47,556 nucleotides of DNA from a virus. Taxonomy: Duplodnaviria; Caudoviricetes. The position numbers were made by a program, and so were the translations under genes. Each line of letters starts with the position of its first letter. The first letter of the stretch is position 1. The notes beneath the pieces are model-generated. The model did not search any database and had not been told where the DNA came from. It saw only the letters and a list, made by a program, of their open reading frames with translations. Shown here one piece after another: positions 14,816 to 22,872 of this stretch. The stretch is taken from positions 1 through 47,556 of the IMG/VR virus record IMGVR_UViG_3300038393_001298; one strand, 5' to 3'.

Positions 14816-15769
14816 ATGAACATTCAGGTTGCAAATCTCGCCAGCACCACCGCCATCCCGGTTGGCGCTCTGCCGGCTCACCTTTCCGTCGAACCGATCA
14901 TCGCCCTGGTCGAAGCCTACAGGGCCGGCATGACTGCCTATAACGCGGCGCCCAAGGGTGAAGCCCACTTCTCTTCCGATGGAAAGGAAGACGCTCTGGT
15001 CGCTGCGACTTACGGACCGCCGATCGATCAATTGCGGAATGACCCGCCAGTCATTCATTCCACTGCGGGTGCTATTACAGCGCTCAGGTTCGCCAAGGAT
15101 GAGACCGAAGAATTCATGGACCCCCTAGGCCTGGGCGCCATCGTCGGCCGGGTTCTGGAGTTCCTCGAAAGCGCTGGCGGCGCCGCCATCGTTCATCCCG
15201 ACGCCGAGTTGCTGGCGCTAGGCGCTCAGATCGACGCCCTCACCACCAGGATCGAAGCAAACTGCGCATTTCACAATTCGTTGATCGAGGAGTGCGACCG
15301 GCAATTCGTGAACGGGCCCGATGCGCTGGTCATAGGGAAGCGGGATCGCGACTGGTTCGGCGCCCAGGTCACGACCCGCGGTAACCGCTGGCATCCTGAT
15401 GATGCAATGGCCGTCAAGACACCGCGTCACGTCTTTGTCGGCACTCTCGATGCAGCCCAGAAGCGAGCCGAGGAACTGCGCCGAACCGGTACCGCACACA
15501 TGGCGGCATACGAAGCTTGGCAAGAGCGGGTCGGGCTCAATGCAAACGAGGAGGAGTTTTGCGCCCTGGCTGAGCAGCGCGCGGGGCTTTTCCGGTCAGC
15601 TTTGGCGATCAGGCCTGCAACGCTCGCCGGCGCAGTGATCCAGGCCAAAATTGTCAGGCTGGAAAACTACAGCCTCTTCAAGAGCCGGAACGATGACGAG
15701 TACGACGACGGCGAAAAAGAGACCGTCGCTTTCATCAACAACTTGCTGCCGGCAGGGAGCGATCAATGA
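14816..15769 (+). CDS. Hypothetical early protein, paralog B
   Basis: AGGAG SD; MNIQVANLASTTAIP N-terminus; shares first domain with paralog A. Confidence 0.8.
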   Translation: MNIQVANLASTTAIPVGALPAHLSVEPIIALVEAYRAGMTAYNAAPKGEAHFSSDGKEDALVAATYGPPIDQLRNDPPVIHSTAGAITALRFAKDETEEFMDPLGLGAIVGRVLEFLESAGGAAIVHPDAELLALGAQIDALTTRIEANCAFHNSLIEECDRQFVNGPDALVIGKRDRDWFGAQVTTRGNRWHPDDAMAVKTPRHVFVGTLDAAQKRAEELRRTGTAHMAAYEAWQERVGLNANEEEFCALAEQRAGLFRSALAIRPATLAGAVIQAKIVRLENYSLFKSRNDDEYDDGEKETVAFINNLLPAGSDQ

Positions 15770-16056
15770 ATATGCGGGCCAATATCGCAGCGGCGAGCGC
15801 AACGCCGTTCACCGCCTCCGACTATATCGCGCTCCAACGCATGGTGGGGAATGAGTTCCACTGGCATTACCATGCCGGCAATCTCACCCTCGGCGTGTGC
15901 CGCATCAATCAAAAATCAGACGATTGGACAGATCGTAAATACGTTGCTGGCCTCCTTCAGTTCCGCCAGTGGAAAGCAGCCACTCCCAACTGGAAAGAGC
16001 AAGTCGTTGCGGAGTTGGAGCGGGAGCATCAGCCCGGGGACCAGAACCCAGCATGA
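15766..16056 (+). CDS. Hypothetical protein
   Basis: 96 aa; ATGA overlaps on both sides. Confidence 0.7.
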   Translation: MNMRANIAAASATPFTASDYIALQRMVGNEFHWHYHAGNLTLGVCRINQKSDDWTDRKYVAGLLQFRQWKAATPNWKEQVVAELEREHQPGDQNPA

Positions 16057-16334
16057 CCAACATTCGGTATCTCCCCGGCGCAGTGCCGCAGTATGAGATC
16101 GTCGCCGACCTGTCGGATGGCGACACCATCAACGGCTTCTCGATCGTCATCGCTAGGCAAAAGAACAAGGAAGGCCTGAAAGTCCTACTGTCTGGTGAGG
16201 GCCAAATCTACGTTCTCGCATCCTTCCTTGATGACAAATTCAACGATGCGGTTGCCCGAAAGATGGCCGAGGTAGCTTGGTCAGCACTCAATTTCTTTTG
16301 GATGGCCTTGCCAGATGAGGGCGACGCGGCATGA
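16053..16334 (+). CDS. Hypothetical protein
   Basis: Start MTNIRY with ATGA overlap. Confidence 0.7.
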   Translation: MTNIRYLPGAVPQYEIVADLSDGDTINGFSIVIARQKNKEGLKVLLSGEGQIYVLASFLDDKFNDAVARKMAEVAWSALNFFWMALPDEGDAA

Positions 16335-16513
16335 GCGGCGCCGAGAATCGCTTTATGGCCGTGCCGGCCCGCAAGCTCACCACCTATGAGCGGGCGCTAG
16401 CCAAGGCCAAGAACATGGCTGAGAACAACGGCATGGCCGCCCGCGTCATGGAGGTTCGGGAGACGATCTATACCGCCCCAAAGAGAGTGAAGGAGCCCGG
16501 CACCAATGCGTGA
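16331..16513 (+). CDS. Hypothetical protein (60 aa)
   Basis: ATGA overlap, GAGG SD. Confidence 0.6.
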   Translation: MSGAENRFMAVPARKLTTYERALAKAKNMAENNGMAARVMEVRETIYTAPKRVKEPGTNA

Positions 16514-16517
16514 TGGA

Positions 16518-16763
16518 TTATTGCATCACATACATGCCGGCCTCGTCGCACGCTTCGACAAAAGCCTTCCGCGCCAGCTCCGCTGGCACCGCGCCCGCCA
16601 AGGCATCCAGGCAGGCTTTCCGGGCGAGCATATGCTTGTCGCCGCCCTCGATCGGCCAATGGTTCAGCAGGACATTGGCGGCTTCCTCTGGCGAGGCGGC
16701 GACCCGAAACGTTCCGACGCCAGTTTCAAACTTAACAGGGTGAGTCCAGGTGTTTTCGTTCAT
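16518..16763 (-). CDS. DUF982 family protein (antisense to early operon)
   Basis: W..PV..G..R.AASPEEAANVLLNHWP..G.KH..ARKACLDAL.G..AELARKAFVEACDEAG; GGAGG SD. Confidence 0.85.
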   Translation of the reverse strand: MNENTWTHPVKFETGVGTFRVAASPEEAANVLLNHWPIEGGDKHMLARKACLDALAGAVPAELARKAFVEACDEAGMYVMQ

Positions 16764-16782
16764 GGCGCACCTCCGCGCGTTG

Positions 16783-16807
16783 AACGGTGGGGCCGGCCCT
16801 TTGTTCC
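16783..16807 (-). promoter_or_regulatory. EcfG/RpoE2 (general stress sigma) promoter driving DUF982
   Basis: GGAAC-N16-CGTT on the minus strand, about 20 bp upstream of the DUF982 ATG. Confidence 0.75.
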
Positions 16808-16819
16808 GAAGGAGGCGCA

Positions 16820-17173
16820 ATGAAACACGTCTCTGCACAGCAGCTATCCGAGGAATTCGGCTTCACGGCCCGGCACTGGATCCGGCAGGCATCCCTGGGC
16901 AAGATCCCCGGCAGCCGCCAGCCATCCGGCAAGGGTGGTCAATGGGTGTTTGATCTTGCTGCCTTTCGCCGTTGGTGGGATTCTCAGGTCATAGAGGTGA
17001 GAGAATGGCCAACGTCTATCTCAGGGGCAAAACGTGGTGGGGGCGCGCCCAGAAGGACGGCGAAGAGCTTCGGCGCTCCCTCGAAACACGATCTGAGAGC
17101 GTCGCTCGCGAACGTCTTAGGGTCTGGCTCGACGAGCTCGACGCGGAAGCGTGGGGCAAGCGGCCCCAGGTAA
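16820..17173 (+). CDS. xis: Excisionase-like HTH protein
   Basis: VSAQQLSEEFGFTARHW..GKIPG..GQWVFD; AAGGAGG SD; immediately upstream of and overlapping int. Confidence 0.75.
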   Translation: MKHVSAQQLSEEFGFTARHWIRQASLGKIPGSRQPSGKGGQWVFDLAAFRRWWDSQVIEVREWPTSISGAKRGGGAPRRTAKSFGAPSKHDLRASLANVLGSGSTSSTRKRGASGPR

Positions 17174-18189
17174 CCCTGAACGAACTGGCAAACGCCTTCA
17201 TTGAAGAGCACCTGCCTACCATCCGCCCAAGCAGCGCCAAGCGCTACGGCATTTCGATCAACTGGCTCGACGAGAAGCTAGGTCACAAATCCATTCTCTC
17301 GATCGGCCGCGCGGATCTCAAGGAGTTCGAGACCTGGCGTCGGTCCATGGGCGCGAGCGCGCCAACGGTTCGCCGGGATCTGGCCTGCCTCAGCTCCATG
17401 TACGGCCTGGCCGAAGAGAAGGAATGGACAGAGCACAACCCTGTGAGCGCCTTCCTCAAGGTCCGCAAGAAGCGGGGCCTCAAAGAGAGCAACCCGCGCA
17501 CTCGATACCTGTCGCACGCCGAGGAAGCGCGCTTGCTTGAAGCGGCCATCCCGAACGTGCGCGACGCCATACTCTTTGCGATCTATTCCGGCCTGCGTGA
17601 GGAAGAGCAGTTCTCCCTGACTTGGGATCGGGTCGACCTCGATCAGCGCCAAGTCGTCATCCCCAAGGAGATCACCAAGGGCAAGCGCGACCGCACCGCC
17701 ATCCTTCTCGACGAGGCGGTTGCGGTACTGCGCCGCCTGCCGAGGCACTTCAAGAGCCGCTATGTCTTCTTCCATGGCGCGTCGAAAAATACTGGTGACG
17801 GCATCAAGCGCGGCCGCAAGAAACTGTCGGACAAGGATGGCAGCCGCTTCCGCCACCGACTGCGCGCGCTCAAGCTCACCGCGGAGCGTGCAAAGGTGCC
17901 GAATCTGATATGGCACGATCTGCGCCGTACCCATGGATGCCGGCTGCTGCAGGATCACGGGTGGTCGATGGAAATGGTGCGCGATCAGCTTGGGCACTCG
18001 ACCTTGCAGCAAACCGAAAAGGCCTATGCCTTCTTGGAAGTGGAGACCCGGCGCGAGGCGGCCGGCACAAAAACCGGCACAGGTTTGGAGGCCAAAACCT
18101 TCGACCTTTCCGAGGTAACGAAGCCCGCTCAGGGGAAGAGGGCCGCACAAAAACAGGCACAGGGGAAGCGGATATTTCCTAAAAGTTGA
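17005..18189 (+). CDS. int: Tyrosine integrase
   Basis: SGLR, HDLRR, QLGH and KAY catalytic motifs; GAGGTGA SD before MANVYLRG; adjacent attP. Confidence 0.95.
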   Translation: MANVYLRGKTWWGRAQKDGEELRRSLETRSESVARERLRVWLDELDAEAWGKRPQVTLNELANAFIEEHLPTIRPSSAKRYGISINWLDEKLGHKSILSIGRADLKEFETWRRSMGASAPTVRRDLACLSSMYGLAEEKEWTEHNPVSAFLKVRKKRGLKESNPRTRYLSHAEEARLLEAAIPNVRDAILFAIYSGLREEEQFSLTWDRVDLDQRQVVIPKEITKGKRDRTAILLDEAVAVLRRLPRHFKSRYVFFHGASKNTGDGIKRGRKKLSDKDGSRFRHRLRALKLTAERAKVPNLIWHDLRRTHGCRLLQDHGWSMEMVRDQLGHSTLQQTEKAYAFLEVETRREAAGTKTGTGLEAKTFDLSEVTKPAQGKRAAQKQAQGKRIFPKS

Positions 18190-18359
18190 GCAAGATCAAA
18201 TACTTTCGACGTCCGCCGATCGGATTTTGATTCCGCCATTCGGAGGTTCGAACCCTCCCGCCCCAGCCATCGACACCTTGAAATAGCTGCGTTTTTCGCT
18301 CTGACAAACCGGACAGGCGAGAACAGAAGGTGGATATCGGCCGCACAAGAGTCGGCACA
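18064..18359 (+). repeat. Integrase arm-type binding sites flanking attP
   Basis: GGCACAAAAACCGGCACA 18064, CGCACAAAAACAGGCACA 18144, CGCACAAGAGTCGGCACA 18342. Confidence 0.7.
18221..18269 (+). other. attP core: 3' half of tRNA-Gln(UUG)
   Basis: CGGA TTTTGAT TCCG CCATTC GGAGG TTCGAAC CCTCC CGCCCCA G CCA; no 5' tRNA half upstream. Confidence 0.88.
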
Positions 18360-18372
18360 ATCCCGCCCAATG

Positions 18373-18405
18373 AAAAAAGGCCGCCCCGAAAGACGGCCCT
18401 TGTTT
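18373..18405. terminator. Rho-independent terminator (probably bidirectional)
   Basis: AAAAAA-GGCCG..CGGCC-CTTGTTT between convergent units. Confidence 0.7.
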
Positions 18406-18423
18406 CGTTCCTGTAGCCGGTGA

Positions 18424-18855
18424 TCAGTCGTACCAATCATCCTCGATGCCGAGCGTCTCGCTGACGATCTGGCCCAATCGGTTTTTCGTCTCTTCGGAGT
18501 ACGGCTCCATCTTGATCGCCACTCCGCTCTTAACCGGGTTAGAGACATAGTTGCCCAGATCGTGCGGCGCATCGCGTAGGAACTGAGCGAAAACCGGGAT
18601 CTTTGCCGCCTCCAGCACAAAGCGATTGAGGCTCACGCCATACGGCAGAACCACTGTCAGCATCATGTTCAGGATGTCTTCAATTCGGCTGCCTGCATTG
18701 AGCTCTTGCACCGGCATCCACAAGCACCGTTCGTCGGCGGCGATCTCCTGCCGTACCCGAGGCCAAAGCCGAGCCTGTCCGTTCTCGATCACGAAGCGAT
18801 CACCAGCCGCGCCATCATTGGCGGCCGCCCAGTACCAATCTTGCGTCTTGTCCAT
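18424..18855 (-). CDS. Hypothetical accessory protein
   Basis: 143 aa ORF bounded by terminators, beside attP. Confidence 0.7.
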   Translation of the reverse strand: MDKTQDWYWAAANDGAAGDRFVIENGQARLWPRVRQEIAADERCLWMPVQELNAGSRIEDILNMMLTVVLPYGVSLNRFVLEAAKIPVFAQFLRDAPHDLGNYVSNPVKSGVAIKMEPYSEETKNRLGQIVSETLGIEDDWYD

Positions 18856-18869
18856 TGTTTTGCCCCATC

Positions 18870-18901
18870 AAAAAAGAAACGAGGCCAAGTGTCGGCCCCG
18901 T
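18870..18901 (-). terminator. Terminator of the arc-ant operon
   Basis: Minus ACGGGGCC-loop-GGCCTCGT followed by TTCTTTTTT. Confidence 0.7.
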
Positions 18902-18913
18902 CGTGTCCTTGTT

Positions 18914-19231
18914 TCAATAGCCCACTTTGGGATCCTGGCCGTGACATGCACGATAGAACTCACGCTTGACCATCAGTGCCAGATCGAGCGCGTGGATGGC
19001 TGAGAACTCAACGCTCTCCCGCTCTTCCTGCGAGCATTTCAGCGTGATCCATTGATCGCCAACATCGCCGAGCGGCTTGGCCTGCCGAAAGCAATCCTCC
19101 TGCACACTCACGGCGATGCGCAGCATATTCACCGCATCGCAGATGAGAGGTTCGAGGCGCCTCAATGCCGTGGCAATGGCAGCGTCATCAGCGCCGGCCG
19201 GCTCGAGGTCGATCTTCCGTGCTGCGCTCAT
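18914..19231 (-). CDS. Hypothetical protein coupled to antirepressor
   Basis: 105 aa; ATGA overlap with KilA-N gene. Confidence 0.75.
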   Translation of the reverse strand: MSAARKIDLEPAGADDAAIATALRRLEPLICDAVNMLRIAVSVQEDCFRQAKPLGDVGDQWITLKCSQEERESVEFSAIHALDLALMVKREFYRACHGQDPKVGY

Positions 19232-20040
19232 GCCGGCGCCCCCTCTCCATCAGGCCGGCGAACGAGGCGCAAGGCGCCCTGGCCGGTCACACGGTCATTG
19301 TGCGCCAAGACCCAGGCATTGCCCGTCAAGGCCATGAACTTGGCCGCGAAACCACGAGGGTACAACCAGACGCCAGAATGAGGGCAGCGGCGCAGGGCAG
19401 CGGGAGGGTTGGTCACCAGAGCAAGCGCCCGCATGGCACTGCCGATCCGACGGTTGAGACCGTTGCGTTTCTTGGTCAGCGCCTTGGCCTCGTTCAGGAG
19501 CTCGCGTACGGACACATATTCCAATGCCGCCACCCGAGCATCCGCCGCCATGTGTTTCTCGATCAGCGCCGGAATGGCCGCCTCGATTTCAGAATGAACG
19601 ACGCTCTTGACGATGCCGCCGAGCACCTTGCGCACGTCGGCCGATATATCGGTGATGGCCATGCCGGTCGCGGGCGCCTTGCCTTCCATCCGTTCCCGCA
19701 CGACCGTGTTGCACCACATGTGAAAATCGGGGCTGAGGTACTTGGCGTAGGCCAGGGCGATCTGCCAGTGAGCGAAGGTGGCGCCGGTCCGACCACGGCT
19801 GGCGCGCAAAATATGCTCCATGGGCATATTTAAGACGACGGCAATGTGCTCGATAAAATCGCTACCTTCCTTGCGCGCCCAATCGGCGGGCTTCTTCGAC
19901 GGGTCTTCGCCGCCGGCCTTCCACATGTCGGTGAGCGACAGCATTTCGCCGCGGTCCCGGATGGCGGCGCCGTTGAAGGCGAGCAATTGAGAATTTCCCC
20001 GGGTTGGGGTATGGCTATCCAAGTTCATGTCGGGGTCCAT
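19228..20040 (-). CDS. ant: KilA-N domain antirepressor-like protein
   Basis: LSLTDMWKA..PADW..G.TFAHWQIALAYAKYLSPDFHMWCN; follows arc; alternative start 20028. Confidence 0.85.
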   Translation of the reverse strand: MDPDMNLDSHTPTRGNSQLLAFNGAAIRDRGEMLSLTDMWKAGGEDPSKKPADWARKEGSDFIEHIAVVLNMPMEHILRASRGRTGATFAHWQIALAYAKYLSPDFHMWCNTVVRERMEGKAPATGMAITDISADVRKVLGGIVKSVVHSEIEAAIPALIEKHMAADARVAALEYVSVRELLNEAKALTKKRNGLNRRIGSAMRALALVTNPPAALRRCPHSGVWLYPRGFAAKFMALTGNAWVLAHNDRVTGQGALRLVRRPDGEGAPA

Positions 20041-20105
20041 CCGATTTGAATATTGTCAGGAAGACGGGGCGAGGCGCCAACCTCATTGCCCCGTCTTTTC
20101 GTTTG
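20022..20105 (+). ncRNA. Putative sar-like cis-antisense RNA
   Basis: Plus-strand promoter TTGAGA(19987)-N17-TATGGC; hairpin AAGACGGGGC-GAGG-CGCCAA-CCTC-ATT-GCCCCGTCTT then T-rich tail; spans arc-ant junction as in P22. Confidence 0.5.
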
Positions 20106-20262
20106 TGGCGGTCGGTGCCGCCTCACGTTCCATCCGCTCTCGAATGCAGCGAACGATTTCATCGTTTTGCGAAGTGAAGTTCTCCTTCGACATTTTGCCG
20201 AGCCATTCCTTCACAGGGGCCGGTAGACGCAAAGTGAGACTCGACCTCTCTCCTTCTCTCAT
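20083..20262 (-). CDS. arc: Arc-like ribbon-helix-helix repressor (59 aa; missed by ORF track)
   Basis: MREGERSSLTLRLPAPVKEWLGKMSKENFTSQNDEIVRCIRERM..; GAGG SD. Confidence 0.85.
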   Translation of the reverse strand: MREGERSSLTLRLPAPVKEWLGKMSKENFTSQNDEIVRCIRERMEREAAPTATNEKTGQ

Positions 20263-20275
20263 GCTAAACCCTCAT

Positions 20276-20341
20276 TGGCGTCACTATGACGCCTTTCCTT
20301 ACGATGACGCCACTGTGGCGTCAAGCGCCAAAGTGACGTCA
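20276..20341. promoter_or_regulatory. Three 19-bp operators (TGRCGYCA-N3-TGRCGYCA) overlapping Pant
   Basis: TGGCGTCA-CTA-TGACGCCT, TGACGCCA-CTG-TGGCGTCA, AAGCGCCA-AAG-TGACGTCA; minus-strand TTGACG-N17-TAAGGA. Confidence 0.8.
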
Positions 20342-20673
20342 TGGCCGATACACGTGAAAATTTTGTGCGCTTCTCTCTTCGGCTGCCTAAGCCCCTTATG
20401 GAGCGCCTGGAGTCAGCGACAGAGAGCAAACGCAGCGTCAACGCCGAAATCATCGCGCGTTTGGAAGCGTCCTTCGATTCCTCGCGCGAGGAAATGTTGA
20501 AGCAGACAATTGACCGGCAGAGTGAGCAACTGCTTCGATACCAAAGCCACTATTCGCCGGCAAAACAGAAAGAGATTGAAGAAACACCTCGGCCACTAAA
20601 CCATCGGGAGCAGGCGCTCGTAGACGAATTGATGAGACGTCTTGAGGCGAGGGATGCAAAGCGCGGCGTCTAA
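20341..20673 (+). CDS. mnt: Mnt/Arc-family repressor
   Basis: FSLRLPKPLMERL..RSVNAEIIARLEASF; divergent from arc. Confidence 0.85.
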   Translation: MADTRENFVRFSLRLPKPLMERLESATESKRSVNAEIIARLEASFDSSREEMLKQTIDRQSEQLLRYQSHYSPAKQKEIEETPRPLNHREQALVDELMRRLEARDAKRGV

Positions 20674-20715
20674 CCTTTCACGCCACCGTCACGCCAAGGA
20701 TAGGGAAAAGATAGG

Positions 20716-21084
20716 ATGGCAGCGCCAAGTTTTATTTTGTCGGAGGACTGTCAAATGATCACGGTGAGGTTTCCGACAAACCCACCGGTGGAATTCAAAA
20801 TGCCGGCCTCTGTAGTTGACGGCTTCATCATTAAATTGGAGAAGCTTCGATCCTATATGAAGCCTGAAGTGCCAGGCGATTATACCGAGCCATTCAACGC
20901 TATCGTGGAGCCAAAATGGGCTGTGGCCCGAGAGGCGCTTGAGGAGCATAGCGCTCTGCATCTACGCCATCCTGGACTTGGATGGCTACACTTTATGCTT
21001 CCTCCTTCCGAGGCAAAGAGGCTCGGAGAGCAATTGATTGTTCACTCTGAAAATCTGGGGCGAGAACCCAGTCATAAGAACTAG
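20716..21084 (+). CDS. Hypothetical lysogen-expressed accessory protein
   Basis: 122 aa, visibly AT-richer, downstream of mnt. Confidence 0.7.
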   Translation: MAAPSFILSEDCQMITVRFPTNPPVEFKMPASVVDGFIIKLEKLRSYMKPEVPGDYTEPFNAIVEPKWAVAREALEEHSALHLRHPGLGWLHFMLPPSEAKRLGEQLIVHSENLGREPSHKN

Positions 21085-21100
21085 GCCCGATCCAGAAGAA

Positions 21101-21541
21101 TCAACGAGGCCCGCTTGTCGTCGGCCGGTTGAGGCGGTTCTGGTCCTCAAGCGAGCGGGTGAGGACTTCCACCTTCGTGCCCACCGCATTCACGTCCTTG
21201 CGCAGCTCCTTCAACTGCTCAGAGAAGCTGTCAACGATACGATCGATACGGGAATTGGCCGCGACAGTATCGGCTTCCTGCTTTCCGAGGCGGAACTGCA
21301 CGGCCTCAATCGGAGCAATCTTCGCCTCAAGCGCATTGAAGCGAGCGTCAGTCATGGCACGTCGCTCGACAAGCTGCTTTTCCAGGGTCTCCTGCCAGAT
21401 CTTCACCTTGTCCTGATTGTTCTGCAGCGTGTTGTAGTTGGTGACCATGGCGACGGCGACACCAACCACCGCAATGAGGCTTCCGATATCAACCTGTGGC
21501 TTGAACCATGAAGGCGTATGCATGGGCTTCTCCTCCATCAC
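21101..21541 (-). CDS. Single-TM coiled-coil protein in lysis cassette (holin candidate)
   Basis: IGSLIAVVGVAVAMV TM followed by heptad-rich helix. Confidence 0.65.
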   Translation of the reverse strand: MMEEKPMHTPSWFKPQVDIGSLIAVVGVAVAMVTNYNTLQNNQDKVKIWQETLEKQLVERRAMTDARFNALEAKIAPIEAVQFRLGKQEADTVAANSRIDRIVDSFSEQLKELRKDVNAVGTKVEVLTRSLEDQNRLNRPTTSGPR

Positions 21542-21765
21542 TTCGCACTTCTCGCTTTCGGCCGAGGCCAGTGGCAGGCGGCCACGCCGCTTTCAATCGT
21601 GTCGTCAATCCAGCCCTGGTCGGCCGACGTCTGACCGAGGATCACCGTTGCCGGCGCCTCGAACACCTTGCACTCACCGCCCCTGACACTTGCCGGTCGC
21701 GGTGTCCCACACGCCGCCAACGTCGACACAAGCGCGACGAACATTCCGAGCTTTGCCAGCCGCAT
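21538..21765 (-). CDS. rz1: Outer-membrane spanin lipoprotein (Rz1-like)
   Basis: MRLAKLGMFVALVSTLAAC lipobox; overlaps Rz; AGGAG SD. Confidence 0.75.
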   Translation of the reverse strand: MRLAKLGMFVALVSTLAACGTPRPASVRGGECKVFEAPATVILGQTSADQGWIDDTIESGVAACHWPRPKARSAK

Positions 21766-21928
21766 CGACCGCGCTCCTGTCTTGAGTTTCGATCTTGTTG
21801 ATAGCCTGCTGCGCTCCGGCATCCTTCAGGGCTTCAGCCGTCCACCACGCCAAGCCGACAGCGGCTATGACACCGATGATCACCAGCCATCCGCGAAGGG
21901 GGATGATTGAGAGGAAGGGCATGTTCAA
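21674..21928 (-). CDS. rz: Inner-membrane spanin (Rz-like)
   Basis: N-terminal TM, periplasmic helix, C-terminal C..GG.WD..TGKC. Confidence 0.7.
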   Translation of the reverse strand: MNMPFLSIIPLRGWLVIIGVIAAVGLAWWTAEALKDAGAQQAINKIETQDRSAVDAAGKARNVRRACVDVGGVWDTATGKCQGR

Positions 21929-22872
21929 ACCCCCTGCTCCCGCGCCAGCTTGTGCCGCAGGTAGATCGTCGCAATGCCGATGGCCACGATGACGATACCG
22001 ACCGCGACCATGATCGAGGGCGACGGCATCCAGGCGGCCAGCCCCTGCGAGGTTTCACGAATGGTGGTGACCGTCTCGACAGCCTGCGTGGCGGTGTCCC
22101 GCACGGTGGTCACGGTCGAGTTGACGGCCTGCACGCCGGCTTGAGCTGCGACGATCGTCCCGCCAACGGCAGCGCCGGCACCGGCCCAGTTCACCGGCTG
22201 CTTGGCGGGCGCTACCGGCGCGGGTTCGGGCGGCGGCACGAGTGCGGCCACATCTGAATTTGCATCCGGCTCCACCGAGGCAAGCAACGCGGCATGGAAG
22301 CGCTTGGAGTTGGTCGCCACCTCATCGGCGTGATCCATGGCGTTGACGATCCGACGCGCCTGCTGCCAGTTCGTGACCTTGGCGTTGAAATAGTCGCCCA
22401 GCTTCTTGCCAGTGAACCAGCCCTCCATCATGCCGCGAACGGCAATCTGCGCACCGATCTTGGGATCAAGGGCAAGGTCATAGTTCGCGACTAGGCGGCC
22501 ATTGAGCCCAAGCTCTCGGTCGGCGCGCTCGTAATTGTCGTCATGGGTGAGCTGGATCGGGCCACGACCATACGCCCACTGCCCGCGGTTCCGGCCGGGC
22601 TTGGCGTATTTGTAGCCCTGCCGCTTCACATAGGCCCGCGCGTCGGCGTCGCTGTCCTTGAAGCCTTCGCGCACTGGCGTCATCAGGCCGCCGGTCTCGC
22701 GCTGGACCTGGCCGAGGATGTTGGCCAGCTTGCGCAAGTCGCCGTCGCCGTATCGGTCGAAGGCCGACAGAAGGGCGTTGACGCCTGCGACCTGATCAGT
22801 GGTCAGCTTCTTGTCAGCGCCACCGATCAGCGGGCGGATGGCACGGAAAAAGGCGGTATCGTCACGCTTCAT
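21925..22872 (-). CDS. Endolysin, glycoside hydrolase family 19, with C-terminal hydrophobic segments
   Basis: RETGG..P.RE, YGRGPIQLTHDDNY, GWFTGKKL, ARRIVN motifs. Confidence 0.88.
   Translation of the reverse strand: MKRDDTAFFRAIRPLIGGADKKLTTDQVAGVNALLSAFDRYGDGDLRKLANILGQVQRETGGLMTPVREGFKDSDADARAYVKRQGYKYAKPGRNRGQWAYGRGPIQLTHDDNYERADRELGLNGRLVANYDLALDPKIGAQIAVRGMMEGWFTGKKLGDYFNAKVTNWQQARRIVNAMDHADEVATNSKRFHAALLASVEPDANSDVAALVPPPEPAPVAPAKQPVNWAGAGAAVGGTIVAAQAGVQAVNSTVTTVRDTATQAVETVTTIRETSQGLAAWMPSPSIMVAVGIVIVAIGIATIYLRHKLAREQGV

Noticed and set aside
18221-18269. Functional tRNA-Gln gene
   Set aside because: Only anticodon arm to CCA present; no 5' acceptor or D-arm, so treated as attP core
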